Assembly: GCA_963849105.1 (NCBI GenBank)
Contig: CAWKGD010000005.1
Location: 75,269-139,268 of the forward strand
Source of the DNA: an uncultured Acidimicrobiaceae bacterium
Lineage (GTDB): Bacteria; Actinomycetota; Acidimicrobiia; Acidimicrobiales; Bog-793
Length of the DNA stretch: 64,000 nucleotides
Direction of reading: 5' to 3'
Shown here: positions 46,626 to 56,405 of the stretch, piece after piece
Numbering within the stretch: the stretch's first letter is position 1
How the letters are laid out: every line of letters begins with the position of its first letter
Notes under the pieces: generated by a model
The model's database searches: none
Told to the model about the DNA's origin: nothing
The model's input: the letters and a program-made list of their open reading frames with translations, nothing else
Position numbers and translations under genes: made by a program

Positions 46626-49136
46626 ATGGTCGCCTCCCCGACGACGGGTCGCGCGCGCCATCGGCCCGCTCACCTGAAAGAGCGTGCCCCGCTCACTCGG
46701 GCGTCCGACAGCCCGTCGTGGCTCGATCCCGGGGCGCTCGGATCCCTCTTGGTCGTCGCAGGCACCACGGCGTTCGTCCTCGCGCAGCTCCATCTCAACC
46801 TGGTCTTTGGACCGAACATGGACGTCGGCGGGGATACCGCCGGCCACGTCGTGGCGGTCAACTACTTCGTCCATCACGTGCTCGCGAGCGGACGGCTCGC
46901 CGGGTGGGATCCCGAATGGTTCGGCGGATTTCCACTCTACGTCTTCTACTTCCCGCTCCCAGCGGTCATCGCCGGCGCTTTGACGCTCGTCACTTCGTAC
47001 GCCGTGGCATTCAAAGTGACAACGATCCTCGGCGTAACGTTCCTGCCGCTCGCCGCCTACGCGTTCGGCAGATTGAGCGGGTTCGCTCGGCCGGTGCCAG
47101 CCCTGATGTCGGTGGCGACGATTCCGTATCTCTTCTTGTTCGCGCCGACGAACCCCCACTCGTCCGTCTACTACTCGTGGAACATCGACGGCGGCACGCT
47201 CGCCTCGATGCTCGCCGGCGAGTTCTCCTTCAGTCTCTCCGTCACCTTCGCGCTGTTGTTTCTCGGCGTGTTTACCTACTCGCAACGCACCCGACGCTTT
47301 CGCTGGCTCGCCGCGCTGTTGTTCGCGGCGACACTCCTCTGCCACGTCGTACCAGGTCTGTTCGTGGCTGGCGCGGCCGCGGTCATCACGCTGTCGCGAC
47401 CGTCACGGCGCGCGATTCTCGATCTCGCGCTGATCGGATTCGTGGGCGCGCTATTGGCTGCGTTCTGGCTCGTGCCCTTTGTCGCCTACCTCCACTATTC
47501 ATCGTCGATGAACTACGGACGCGTCGGAGCCGTCTATGACCAGCTCTTTCCGCGCAACGCCGAACAAGCGGTGCAGTGGATCGCGATCGCCGGGTTCCTC
47601 ATCGCGTTCTACCGCCGACACCGTCTGGCGATCGTCCTTGGGGTGCTCGCCGCGGCGAGCGTCGCGGCCTTTTGTTGGCTACCCGACGGCCTCGTCTACA
47701 ACGGGCGCTGGCTGCCTTTCTGGTTCCTCATGACAGCGTTGCTGGCGGCGTACGCGGTCGGCGAAATCGGTCGCGCCCTTTTCCGGCTGGTCGGCGCGGA
47801 GTCGCTGAACGCGTTCGTCACCCCGATCGTCGCCGCGACGACGGCGATCTGCCTCGTCGCGGCCTGGCTCGGCGTGCTCCCGTTCTTCGACTTCTCGGGC
47901 ACGCCGAACCCGGTCGAAGGCTGGGCGGTCTTCAACTACTCCGGCTACCAGGCGAAACCCGCCTGGCAGCAGTTTCAGAGGGTGGTCGCGATGCTCGAGA
48001 GCGCCGCTTCGGTCCACGGCTGCGGAAACCTCGATTATGAGTACTCCCCGAATTGGCAGAACCCCTTCGGATCGACGCTCGTGCCGCTGTCGTTCCCGCT
48101 GTGGACCGACGGCTGCATCGATTCCGCTGAAGGTCTGTACTACGAGTCTTCGACGACGAACCACTTCCACTTCCTCGATCAAGCGGAGCTGTCGCTGCAA
48201 GCATCAAATCCCGTCGTCGGATTGCCATATCAATCGCTCGACGTCGCCGACGGAATCCGGCATCTCCAGTTCATGGGGGTGAAGTACTTCCTCGCCGATT
48301 CACCGACCGTCGAGACAGCAGCCGCACAGGACCCGACTCTCGTCGAGGTGGCGTCGACACCCGAGTCGGCCAACGTCGTCGACGGCGGGTCGAGCTCATC
48401 GACGGTGAACAGCGGTTACCGCTGGGTGCTCTACGAGATCCGGAACTCGACACTCGCCGAACCGCTCAAGTATCGGCCGGTCGTCGAACACCTCGACTAC
48501 AACCAGTGGCAGTGGACTACGGCGATCGACTGGTACCAGTCCGAATCGGACTGGCCCGTCGAGATCGTCTCTGGCGGACCGAAGTCCTGGCCACGCGTGA
48601 CCGCGGGCTCGCTCGTCGCACCGTCGGCCAGAGATGCGATCACGCCGACGAAGGTGTCGCACATTCACTACGGCGACAGCACGTTCTCCTTCGACGTGAC
48701 GTCGCTCGACAAACCCGTGCTCGTGAAGGTGCCGTACTTCCCGAATTGGACGGTGCGCGGCGCGAGCGGCCCCTATGAGGCGACACCAAACCTGATGGTC
48801 GTCGTCCCGCACGCGCACCATGTCGTCCTCACCTACGAGGCGACAACGATCGACTGGCTCGGTATCGGCGCCTCGGGATTCGGGCTCGCCGGCGCCGTCG
48901 CACTCGTGCGGTTCGGCAAAACGCCCTCCCCGGAGCCAGAGCCGACACCGGATCCGGTGACCGAGGAGTTGTTCGTTTTCATCGTTGAACGCCCGAGTGG
49001 CGACGAAGAGGCGCGAGACGGAAGCGACGTCCCTTCTCCTTCGGGTGCACTCGAAGCCTCCGACGCACCTCAACAGCGCGAGCTCGATCCGGACGAACCA
49101 TGGCAACGGTGGTTCAGGAACCGAGGCGACCGATGA
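46626..49136 (+). CDS. Large polytopic membrane protein, GT-C-like putative glycosyltransferase with an extracytoplasmic C-terminal domain
   Basis: 836 aa with about 12 hydrophobic spans in the first 470 aa (GGDTAGHV..., WDPEWFGGFPLYVFYFPLP), then a soluble region. ATG 46626. The upstream part of the track ORF covers the tRNA and was rejected. Confidence 0.65.
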   Translation: MVASPTTGRARHRPAHLKERAPLTRASDSPSWLDPGALGSLLVVAGTTAFVLAQLHLNLVFGPNMDVGGDTAGHVVAVNYFVHHVLASGRLAGWDPEWFGGFPLYVFYFPLPAVIAGALTLVTSYAVAFKVTTILGVTFLPLAAYAFGRLSGFARPVPALMSVATIPYLFLFAPTNPHSSVYYSWNIDGGTLASMLAGEFSFSLSVTFALLFLGVFTYSQRTRRFRWLAALLFAATLLCHVVPGLFVAGAAAVITLSRPSRRAILDLALIGFVGALLAAFWLVPFVAYLHYSSSMNYGRVGAVYDQLFPRNAEQAVQWIAIAGFLIAFYRRHRLAIVLGVLAAASVAAFCWLPDGLVYNGRWLPFWFLMTALLAAYAVGEIGRALFRLVGAESLNAFVTPIVAATTAICLVAAWLGVLPFFDFSGTPNPVEGWAVFNYSGYQAKPAWQQFQRVVAMLESAASVHGCGNLDYEYSPNWQNPFGSTLVPLSFPLWTDGCIDSAEGLYYESSTTNHFHFLDQAELSLQASNPVVGLPYQSLDVADGIRHLQFMGVKYFLADSPTVETAAAQDPTLVEVASTPESANVVDGGSSSSTVNSGYRWVLYEIRNSTLAEPLKYRPVVEHLDYNQWQWTTAIDWYQSESDWPVEIVSGGPKSWPRVTAGSLVAPSARDAITPTKVSHIHYGDSTFSFDVTSLDKPVLVKVPYFPNWTVRGASGPYEATPNLMVVVPHAHHVVLTYEATTIDWLGIGASGFGLAGAVALVRFGKTPSPEPEPTPDPVTEELFVFIVERPSGDEEARDGSDVPSPSGALEASDAPQQRELDPDEPWQRWFRNRGDR

Positions 49137-49900
49137 ACGTGCCGGCACCCGAGATGAACAGCACCACCCGGCCACCTGAAGTTTCGATCGTCGTCCCTGC
49201 GCACAACGAGGTGATGCTGATCGGAACGACGCTCACCAACCTCGTCACTGGGCTCGAACGGCGCGGGCGCAGCTTTGAAGTCATCGTCGTCGAGAACGGT
49301 TCCCACGACGGAACGCTTAGATTGAGCCGACTCCTCGCGTCTCAGCTGTCCCCGATCCGGGTCGCCTCGTTGCCCCGCGCAAACTATGGCGAAGCCCTCG
49401 CCCAAGGGCTCCGTCTCGCGACAGGCGAGATCGTTGCGACCTTCGACGTCGACTATTACGACTTCGCCTTCTTCGACGCCGCCTACGACCGCATCGAGTC
49501 GGGCGGCGTCGACATCGTCGTCGCCTCAAAGCGCGCGCCCGGCGCATCGGACCACCGCTCAATCGTCCGCCGGGTCTTGACCGCCGGATTCGCGTGGTCG
49601 ACGCGCTCGCTCGTCGGGCTGGAGCTCTCGGATGCACATGGCATGAAGCTGTTGCGTGCGGCGATTGTCCGACCGATTGTCGACGCGACCGTTTCGCGAG
49701 GAAGCCTTTTCGACGTCGAACTCCTCGTCCGAGCAACGCGGGCGGGACTCAAGATTGAAGAGCTTCCCGCCGAAGTGCGTGAATTGCGCCCACCGCGATC
49801 GTCGGTGATCCGAAGGACGCTCGAGTCGATCGGCGGCTTGGCGCGACTTCGGCTGCTGCTCGGCTCGGACCGTCAGCCGAGACGATCGCGGCGCAATTGA
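49133..49900 (+). CDS. GT2 glycosyltransferase, polyprenyl-phosphate sugar synthase-like (DPM1/GtrB type)
   Basis: VSIVVPAHNE...VIVVENGSHDGT...ATFDVDY...GMKLL...LFDVELL. The ATG overlaps the upstream stop (ATGA). Confidence 0.82.
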   Translation: MNVPAPEMNSTTRPPEVSIVVPAHNEVMLIGTTLTNLVTGLERRGRSFEVIVVENGSHDGTLRLSRLLASQLSPIRVASLPRANYGEALAQGLRLATGEIVATFDVDYYDFAFFDAAYDRIESGGVDIVVASKRAPGASDHRSIVRRVLTAGFAWSTRSLVGLELSDAHGMKLLRAAIVRPIVDATVSRGSLFDVELLVRATRAGLKIEELPAEVRELRPPRSSVIRRTLESIGGLARLRLLLGSDRQPRRSRRN

Positions 49901-50032
49901 TCTTGATCCGAAGTCATGCGGTCCCGCTTTCGGGACCGCCTTCGTCATCTAAGTCTCGGCACACTCGACAGCATCACGGCTGACAAGGTGACTGCTGTCG
50001 ACGTCGTGGGCGGTCAGCGTCGGCGGCGGCGA

Positions 50033-50827
50033 CTACAACGACAGCTTCACCGAGCTGAGCTTCTTACGGAGAAGCAACACGATCTCGTTGATATCGTGCT
50101 TCGCCGCCTTGATGTCCGCGCGGGCAGAGGTGATCGCTTGTTGTGCCGACGCAAACGTCTGTGCCGCTTGCGGGTACGACGACGGGACAAGCGTGAGAAC
50201 AGCAGAGTGCGCAGACTGCAACAGGCCGTTCGCTGTCTGCTCCTCGGACACAAGAGCCGCGTAGGTCCGCTGAGTCTCGCCCGGATCGCCGAGCGCGTTC
50301 GCAGTCGCGACCGCTGCGGAGATCTTCGCCTCTATCTGCGCTTGGCGCGCCACACCCGCCTCGAAGGCGTCGAGCCGGATCGCCATTTCCACCTGGGGGA
50401 CGACGACGGTAAAGACGCGATAGTTCGTGATGACGAGATCGATCGCGTCCTGCAATTGTGGGACGGTGGTGTCGACGGGCACGCTCTTCGCGAGAGCGTC
50501 GAGTCCGGCGCGATCGGTGGCGATCTGCGCAACGATGAGCGATCGATCAGACGTAGTGAGCGCCGATCGCGCCGTCGCTGCGGCATGGAATTCACGAAGC
50601 GCGACAAGACGAACGGAGATCGCCCGCTCGATCCAGGCACGCACAGCTTTGACGTTCGCCTGCGCGGGGATCTGCGGCGCGTTCGCATCCGCCGACGGAT
50701 TCCCGAGTCCGATGCCGTTCGCGCCCCGATGCGCGGCGGCGGCGACCGGCGCCGATAACCCCAAGACGACGAGGACGAGGGCGACGATCGCGAACCGGCG
50801 CGCGCAATCACGTACCTGCCCTGCCAC
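50033..50827 (-). CDS. Secreted Ala-rich helical hypothetical protein
   Basis: 264 aa with a signal-like segment RRFAIVALVLVVLGLSAPVAAAAH. The rest is Ala/Gln-rich and predicted helical. No motif recognised. Confidence 0.55.
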   Translation of the reverse strand: MAGQVRDCARRFAIVALVLVVLGLSAPVAAAAHRGANGIGLGNPSADANAPQIPAQANVKAVRAWIERAISVRLVALREFHAAATARSALTTSDRSLIVAQIATDRAGLDALAKSVPVDTTVPQLQDAIDLVITNYRVFTVVVPQVEMAIRLDAFEAGVARQAQIEAKISAAVATANALGDPGETQRTYAALVSEEQTANGLLQSAHSAVLTLVPSSYPQAAQTFASAQQAITSARADIKAAKHDINEIVLLLRKKLSSVKLSL

Positions 50828-50994
50828 CGCGAACTCCCTCGACCCCTAGGTTGGTCCAACGCGGCCTATCGCGCCGCGACCCCATCTTCGCTCGTACGCA
50901 TGCACCGGTTACGCACAAAATATGAGGGAAGTGTGATGTCTGATCTTCACGTTCGCCGTGGCTGCGGCCGCGTCCGCCAGTATCCTTCGGCGAA

Positions 50995-52245
50995 ATGCCA
51001 GCTGACCTGCCCCGTCGCTTGCCGGCGAACCCGAGGCTTCGACACTGGTGGCAGCGCAGGCTCGCCTGGCAGCGCAAGCCGACGGCGGCGCTCGCCGCGC
51101 CGGATTCCTGGCGTGTGGGTCACGATCGCCGGTCGAAGCATCACCGCTATCGTGCCGGTCTCCGCCGTTGGCCGCGTCGGACGCTGATCGGCGTCCTTGC
51201 GCTTCTCCTCGTCTCGATCCTCCTCGCCGTCGCGACCTTCACCTACGCGTTCTGGCGGTATCACGAGCTCGACCGCATGGCGGTATCCGGTCTCGTCGCG
51301 GTCCACCCCGGTGCCCCGTTTGACGTCCTGATCGTCGGCTCGACCGCCGCTGGTGGCAGCGCATCGGAGCACCGAAGGGCAGCAAAGCAGTTCGCGTCGG
51401 TAATCCTGCTTGCCCGGGTTGACCCAAAGAGCCACGACGTCCGAATCGTTGCCGTGCCGCCCGACACCGAGGTCTCAATCGCGAATGCTTCGGCACCCGC
51501 GAAGACTGGCCCGATCGACGAGGCACTTGAAGCGGGACCTGGGACGCTCGTGCAAACGATCAAGACGGCCTTTCACGTTCCGGTGACCGACTACGTCGCA
51601 CTGGAGCTTGCGGGCGTCGGATCGGTCGTCGGGGCGCTTGGCGGCATCCACCTCGACTTCGCATACCCCGTACGCGATGCGTACACCGGACTCTCGATCA
51701 ACAAGAGCGGGTGCCAACTCGTCTCGGGCTCTCAGGCGCAGGCGCTGTTTCAAAGCCAGCATCTCTATTACTTCGCCAACGGAGCGTGGCGCGCTGACCT
51801 TCACGGCACTCCGAGCGCGATCGCCCGAGAGAGCGCCGTCTTCGCTGCAACCGTCACATCCTCGGGCGGGATCGGTTTCGACCCGGTCGAATTGAACAAC
51901 TTCGTCTCTGCTGCCGTCGCGAACCTCACAATCGACAACGCGCTCTCCGAGTCCAATCTGTTGTCTCTCGCCGAGACGTTCCGCGGATTCTCAGCCTCTC
52001 AGCTCGCTTCGACGGGGCTTCCGACGGTCGAGGCGAGGTCGCGTTCTGGCCGAACTGTCCTTGCCCCCGCGGCGGCGGCCGATGACGCCGTCCTTCGACA
52101 CCTGCTGGCGCTCGGGACGATCCCTTCCAATTCATCGTTGATCCGACGGGTCCATGTTGTCGTGCCGGCGGGACTTTCTGTCCCGAGTCACGCGCCACTC
52201 GTCAACGAGACCGCCCGTGTGGTTTGGAATCCCACGCCTTGCTAA
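50995..52245 (+). CDS. LCP (LytR-CpsA-Psr) family cell-envelope glycopolymer ligase
   Basis: TM anchor LIGVLALLLVSILLAVATF, then FDVLIVGS...SVILLARVDPKSHDVRIVAVPPDT...VTDYVALELAGVGSVVGALGGI. Start uncertain. Confidence 0.78.
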   Translation: MPADLPRRLPANPRLRHWWQRRLAWQRKPTAALAAPDSWRVGHDRRSKHHRYRAGLRRWPRRTLIGVLALLLVSILLAVATFTYAFWRYHELDRMAVSGLVAVHPGAPFDVLIVGSTAAGGSASEHRRAAKQFASVILLARVDPKSHDVRIVAVPPDTEVSIANASAPAKTGPIDEALEAGPGTLVQTIKTAFHVPVTDYVALELAGVGSVVGALGGIHLDFAYPVRDAYTGLSINKSGCQLVSGSQAQALFQSQHLYYFANGAWRADLHGTPSAIARESAVFAATVTSSGGIGFDPVELNNFVSAAVANLTIDNALSESNLLSLAETFRGFSASQLASTGLPTVEARSRSGRTVLAPAAAADDAVLRHLLALGTIPSNSSLIRRVHVVVPAGLSVPSHAPLVNETARVVWNPTPC

Positions 52246-52976
52246 ATGCCGCCACCATCCCCGTCGCGCGAAGGGCGCCCTCGTACACTCAAAACGTGCT
52301 GACCTCGGCTGGCGCGTTCCAGACGCGGGGTTCTCTTCGCCTTTGGGAAGAGGAGGCGGCCAGGCTGGCGGTCGTCGACGTCGAGACGACGGGACTGGAT
52401 CCCGAGGCATCCCGCGTCGTCGAGTGCGCGATCGTGACCTGCTCGGGCGTCGGTGACGTTGTCGAGGAGTGGTCGAGCCTGATCGCTGTCCCGGGCGCCG
52501 AAGAGATCGGGGCGAGCTGGCTGCACGGCATCACGCGATCGACCCTTTCCGACGCACCGACGTTCTCGGAAGTCGCCGGGGAGATCGTCGCCCGGCTGCG
52601 CGGAAGCATCCTCGTCGGACACGTCGTCGAATTCGACCTCGCGTACCTGCGTCGAGAGTTTGACCGCATCGGCAGCCGCTTGCCCGATTTCTGCGGCGCG
52701 ACGGTCTGCACCCGCGAGCTCGCGCGCGCCTATCTGCCTCCTGGATCGCGCACCCTCGCGGCGGTGTGCGCTCGCCTCGGCATCGCACGTTCCGACGCGC
52801 ACACTGCTCTCGGTGACGCGCGAGTGACGGCATCGGTGTTGGCGGCCTTCGTCGAGCGGGGAATCGACCTCAGCTGGAGCGAAAAGATGGACCGCGCCGA
52901 CGAGCTTGTTTGGCCAAAATTCCGTGTCAGCGGTTTACTCGCTGCGCGAGCGCTCGCGCGTGGCTTGTCGCGCTGA
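52224..52976 (+). CDS. DEDDh 3'-5' exonuclease (DnaQ/epsilon-like)
   Basis: LAVVDVETTGLDP (ExoI), ...ILVGHVVEFDLAYL (ExoII), ...AHTALGDARVTASV (ExoIII, H-x4-D). Start uncertain. Confidence 0.8.
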   Translation: MESHALLNAATIPVARRAPSYTQNVLTSAGAFQTRGSLRLWEEEAARLAVVDVETTGLDPEASRVVECAIVTCSGVGDVVEEWSSLIAVPGAEEIGASWLHGITRSTLSDAPTFSEVAGEIVARLRGSILVGHVVEFDLAYLRREFDRIGSRLPDFCGATVCTRELARAYLPPGSRTLAAVCARLGIARSDAHTALGDARVTASVLAAFVERGIDLSWSEKMDRADELVWPKFRVSGLLAARALARGLSR

Positions 52977-52990
52977 GCGACGGGACTTGG

Positions 52991-53224
52991 TTACGCGGAC
53001 TTCTGACGCTGTCGAATCACGCGGCGTCGCTCGCGTTCGGTGAGGCCTCCCCAGACCCCTTCACGCTCGCGCGCCAGGAGGGCGTGCTCGAGACACATTT
53101 GCCGCACGGGGCAGATCGCACAGATCGACTTCGCTTCGTCCGCTTCCTCGTCGGTCGCCGGGTGGAAGATCTCCGGATCAAGTCCCCGGCATGCCGATCG
53201 CTGCCGCCAGTTCATCGCCGTCAT
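52991..53224 (-). CDS. whiB: WhiB family redox-sensing transcription factor
   Basis: 77 aa: WRQRSACRGLDPEIFHP...AKSICAICPVRQMCLEHAL...GVWGGLTERERRRV (four Cys and a GVWGG turn). Confidence 0.93.
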   Translation of the reverse strand: MTAMNWRQRSACRGLDPEIFHPATDEEADEAKSICAICPVRQMCLEHALLAREREGVWGGLTERERRRVIRQRQKSA

Positions 53225-53486
53225 CAGAAAAACGCTCTCTCGTCACGCTCTTTATCATTTCCACCCACGCACTCCCCTCTGCTTGCTCCGCCGATTCATC
53301 TAGGCGAGGCGACTCGGGAGAGCGCGACATGCCAGGAATTCCAGACGGCGGACGAGGTCGGTCCGCAGGTGAGTGCGCAATTTTGCCAGAGTCGAGTCGA
53401 AAAGTAAATAGCAGAGCGCCAATTGCTGCCGGTGCGGCCCCATCCCCCGTGCGGCCGACGACGCCGATGAGTGGGGCCGGCGCGAC

Positions 53487-54923
53487 GTGAGCGTCCTCGT
53501 AGTCGACGTCGGAACCTCCTCGCTGCGTGCCGCCATCGTCGACGAGGTCGGCTCGGTGGTGGCGACCGAGCACTCGACGATCGCGCTCAGCCGGCCAGGG
53601 CCGGGTCTTGTCGAATTCGACGCGGCCGAGGTCGCTCGAGCCGCGATCTCGGCCGCGACAACGTTGATCGATCGGACCGGACCCGTCGCGTGCGTCGGGA
53701 TCGCCACACAGCGCGCCTCGACCGTGGTGTGGCAACGCGGAGACGGGGTGCCCGTCGGGCCGGCGCTCTCCTGGCAAGACGTCCGCACCGTCGGACAGTG
53801 CCTCGCCTTGCAGGCGAAAGGTTTCCGCCTTTCCCCAAACCAGTCGGCGACCAAGCTCGCCGACCTGCTCGATCGTTTCGACCCGTCCCGTGAGCTCGAT
53901 ATTTGTTTCGGAACGGTCGACAGCTTCCTCACCGCGGCTCTCACTCGGTGGAGCGTGCACGTCACTGACGCGTCAAACGCCGCCGTCACCGGCCTCGTGC
54001 GCCTCGACGCCTCGGACTGGGACGATGACGTTCTCGGCGAGCTCGGTGTCCCGCGTCGGATGCTGCCCGAGATTGTCGATTCGCTCGGGGTCGTGGGCGA
54101 GGCGACTGCACTCCCCGGAGCCCCTCCGATCAGCGGTCTGCTCGGTGATCAGCAGGCGTCCCTCGTCGGCCAGGGACGCCTGCACCCGAACGAAGCGAAG
54201 GTGACCTTTGGGACGGGGGCGATGCTCGACTGTGTGACCGCGTCCCGCCCGGAGTTCGAGACGCGGGGCGACCACGGGACCTTTCCCGTGGTCGCCTGGC
54301 GCGAAGCGGGCCGATCGATCTGGGGACTCGAGGCGGCGATGCTCTCGGCTGGGGCGTGCGTCGAATGGATCGCGAGCCTCGGGCTCGTTTCGACTCCGGC
54401 GGAATCCGAGGCGCTCGCCCTGTCGGTCCCCGACGCAGGAGGAGTGTTCTTCGTCCCCGCATTGAACGGCACGGGCGCACCGTTGTGGGACTTGGGGGCA
54501 CGCGGCGCATTCGTCGGTCTGAGCGCCTCGACTACGCGCGCTGAAGTCGTCCGCGCGGTCCTCGAAGGCATCGCGCACGCGGGCGCGGATTTGCTCGAAG
54601 CGATCGAAGCCGACGCGAACCTCCACGTCGACATGTTGCACGTCGACGGCGGTATGACAGCCAATCGAATCTTCGTCGAACTAGTCGCGAGCGCGACGCA
54701 ACGAGTGGTCGTTCCGTCGGCGGTCAAGGAGGCAACGATGCTCGGTGCGGCATTCGCCGCTGGCACCGCGTGCGGTGTCTGGCCGTCTCTCGAATCGACC
54801 CCCGAGTTGATCCGCACGGAGGCGGCCATTGAGCCGCGCCACCGCCTCGACCGCCAGCGCTGGTTCGACGCGCGCGAGCGGGCGTTGAAGATGGTCCCCG
54901 CTCTCTCAGTGATCAGTTTCTGA
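53487..54923 (+). CDS. FGGY family carbohydrate kinase (glycerol-kinase-like)
   Basis: VLVVDVGTSSLRAAIVD...GIATQRASTVVWQRGDGVPVGPALSWQDVRT...FGTGAMLD...HVDGGMTAN. Confidence 0.82.
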   Translation: MSVLVVDVGTSSLRAAIVDEVGSVVATEHSTIALSRPGPGLVEFDAAEVARAAISAATTLIDRTGPVACVGIATQRASTVVWQRGDGVPVGPALSWQDVRTVGQCLALQAKGFRLSPNQSATKLADLLDRFDPSRELDICFGTVDSFLTAALTRWSVHVTDASNAAVTGLVRLDASDWDDDVLGELGVPRRMLPEIVDSLGVVGEATALPGAPPISGLLGDQQASLVGQGRLHPNEAKVTFGTGAMLDCVTASRPEFETRGDHGTFPVVAWREAGRSIWGLEAAMLSAGACVEWIASLGLVSTPAESEALALSVPDAGGVFFVPALNGTGAPLWDLGARGAFVGLSASTTRAEVVRAVLEGIAHAGADLLEAIEADANLHVDMLHVDGGMTANRIFVELVASATQRVVVPSAVKEATMLGAAFAAGTACGVWPSLESTPELIRTEAAIEPRHRLDRQRWFDARERALKMVPALSVISF

Positions 54924-56142
54924 GGCCGCTCGATGCGAAAGCGAGCGCTTCGTCGAACGACGCATTGCGCGCCAGCAGCGGGTGGAAGCGCATGAGGTCA
55001 CGCGGCATCGAGAAGCCGATGACGGCTGAGAGGCTCCCCTCGCGACCACAGCACGCGACGAAGCGGCGATCGTTGAGCGACCCCGCCACGACGACAATGT
55101 CGTCCGTCGGTTCCGGAATCCCGATCGACTGGATCTTTGTCCCGAACTGATCGGACCAAAAGTACGGGACCGTGACGAACGGGTCGGCCGCGTCGCTTGC
55201 GAGCAGGCTCAGCGCGGCGTGGGCGCCCTGTTCGGCAGCGCTCGTGCGGTGCTCGAAGCGCACCGGTTTCCTCGCGAGCGGATGCGGAAAGCGGGCGAGG
55301 TCACCTGCCGCAACAACGTCAGGCGCGCAGACGAGGCTCGCCTCGCAGACGACACCGTCGTCGAGTCGGAGTCCGGACCCTTCGAGCCACGACGTCTCGG
55401 GCACGACCCCGATCGCGACAAGCACCGCGTTGGCAGGCACCTCGGACCCGTCCGAGAGGATGACGGCCTCGACGTGACCGTCCCCGACGACCGCCTCAAC
55501 TCCGGTCGAGGTCCGCACTTCGACGCCGTGGTCGCGGTGCATCCCGGCGATCACGGTGCCGATCCCTTCGCCGAGCACCCGAGAAAGCGGCGCTGGGAGC
55601 GGCTCGATCACGGTGACCCGGGCGCCGAGTCGACGTGCCGTCGCCGCGACCTCCATCCCCAAGAACCCGCCTCCGACGACGACGAGGTGCGCCTCGGTCT
55701 CGGCCAGGCGACGGCGAAGGTCGATCGCGTGCTCGACGCTGCGGATCGTTACGACGCCGTCCATTGCCTCGAGCGAAGGCAAGCGGCGCGGCGAGGCGCC
55801 GGTCGCGACGACGAGACCGTCGAAGCCGATCTCCCGACCCGACGCGAGTTCGACAGATCGCGCAGACAGATCGAGGTGAACAGCGCGCTCACCGAGCATC
55901 GTCTCGGTAGCGATTTCCTCCAAGTGCTCGCGCGTGGCGAGGGTGATCCTGGCGTCGTCCCAGTCGCCGGCGAGGAACTCCTTCGAGAGGGGGGGGCGGT
56001 CGTAGGGAAGGTGGGTCTCTGCGCCAATGAGCGTGAGTGACCCGTCGAAGCCACGATGGCGCAGCATTTCGGCAGCCCGCAGCCCGGCGATCGAAGCACC
56101 GACGACCACGACCGATCCGAGGGGTCGCGCGCTCTCGCTCAC
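54913..56142 (-). CDS. NAD(P)/FAD-dependent oxidoreductase (ferredoxin-reductase-like)
   Basis: VVVVGASIAGLRAAEMLR...YDRPPLSK...LVVVGGGFLGMEVAATA...AAGD. Confidence 0.85.
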   Translation of the reverse strand: MSESARPLGSVVVVGASIAGLRAAEMLRHRGFDGSLTLIGAETHLPYDRPPLSKEFLAGDWDDARITLATREHLEEIATETMLGERAVHLDLSARSVELASGREIGFDGLVVATGASPRRLPSLEAMDGVVTIRSVEHAIDLRRRLAETEAHLVVVGGGFLGMEVAATARRLGARVTVIEPLPAPLSRVLGEGIGTVIAGMHRDHGVEVRTSTGVEAVVGDGHVEAVILSDGSEVPANAVLVAIGVVPETSWLEGSGLRLDDGVVCEASLVCAPDVVAAGDLARFPHPLARKPVRFEHRTSAAEQGAHAALSLLASDAADPFVTVPYFWSDQFGTKIQSIGIPEPTDDIVVVAGSLNDRRFVACCGREGSLSAVIGFSMPRDLMRFHPLLARNASFDEALAFASSGLRN

Positions 56143-56405
56143 TCTTCTTTTTCGTCTTCCTCCTCGCCGACCGCCGCGAGGCGCGGCATCAGCTCGTCGA
56201 CGCGCTCGCGTACCCCGCGGATGCGCTTGTCGAGCTCCTCGACGATCTCGATCGCGCGCCGAAAGCGCGTCTCCAACACGTCGACGTCGACGCGTCCTTC
56301 ATCGAGCTCAGCGACGATCTCGTCGAGCTCCGCTGCCGCCTCCGCGTAGGAAAGCTCGGTGACAGGAACGAGATCCGACTCGGTGCGATCCTTGTCCGCG
56401 CTCAC
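56139..56405 (-). CDS. xseB: Exodeoxyribonuclease VII small subunit
   Basis: LSYAEAAAELDEIVAELDEGRVDVDVLETRFRRAIEIVEELDKRI. Its start overlaps the xseA stop. Confidence 0.9.
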   Translation of the reverse strand: MSADKDRTESDLVPVTELSYAEAAAELDEIVAELDEGRVDVDVLETRFRRAIEIVEELDKRIRGVRERVDELMPRLAAVGEEEDEKEE

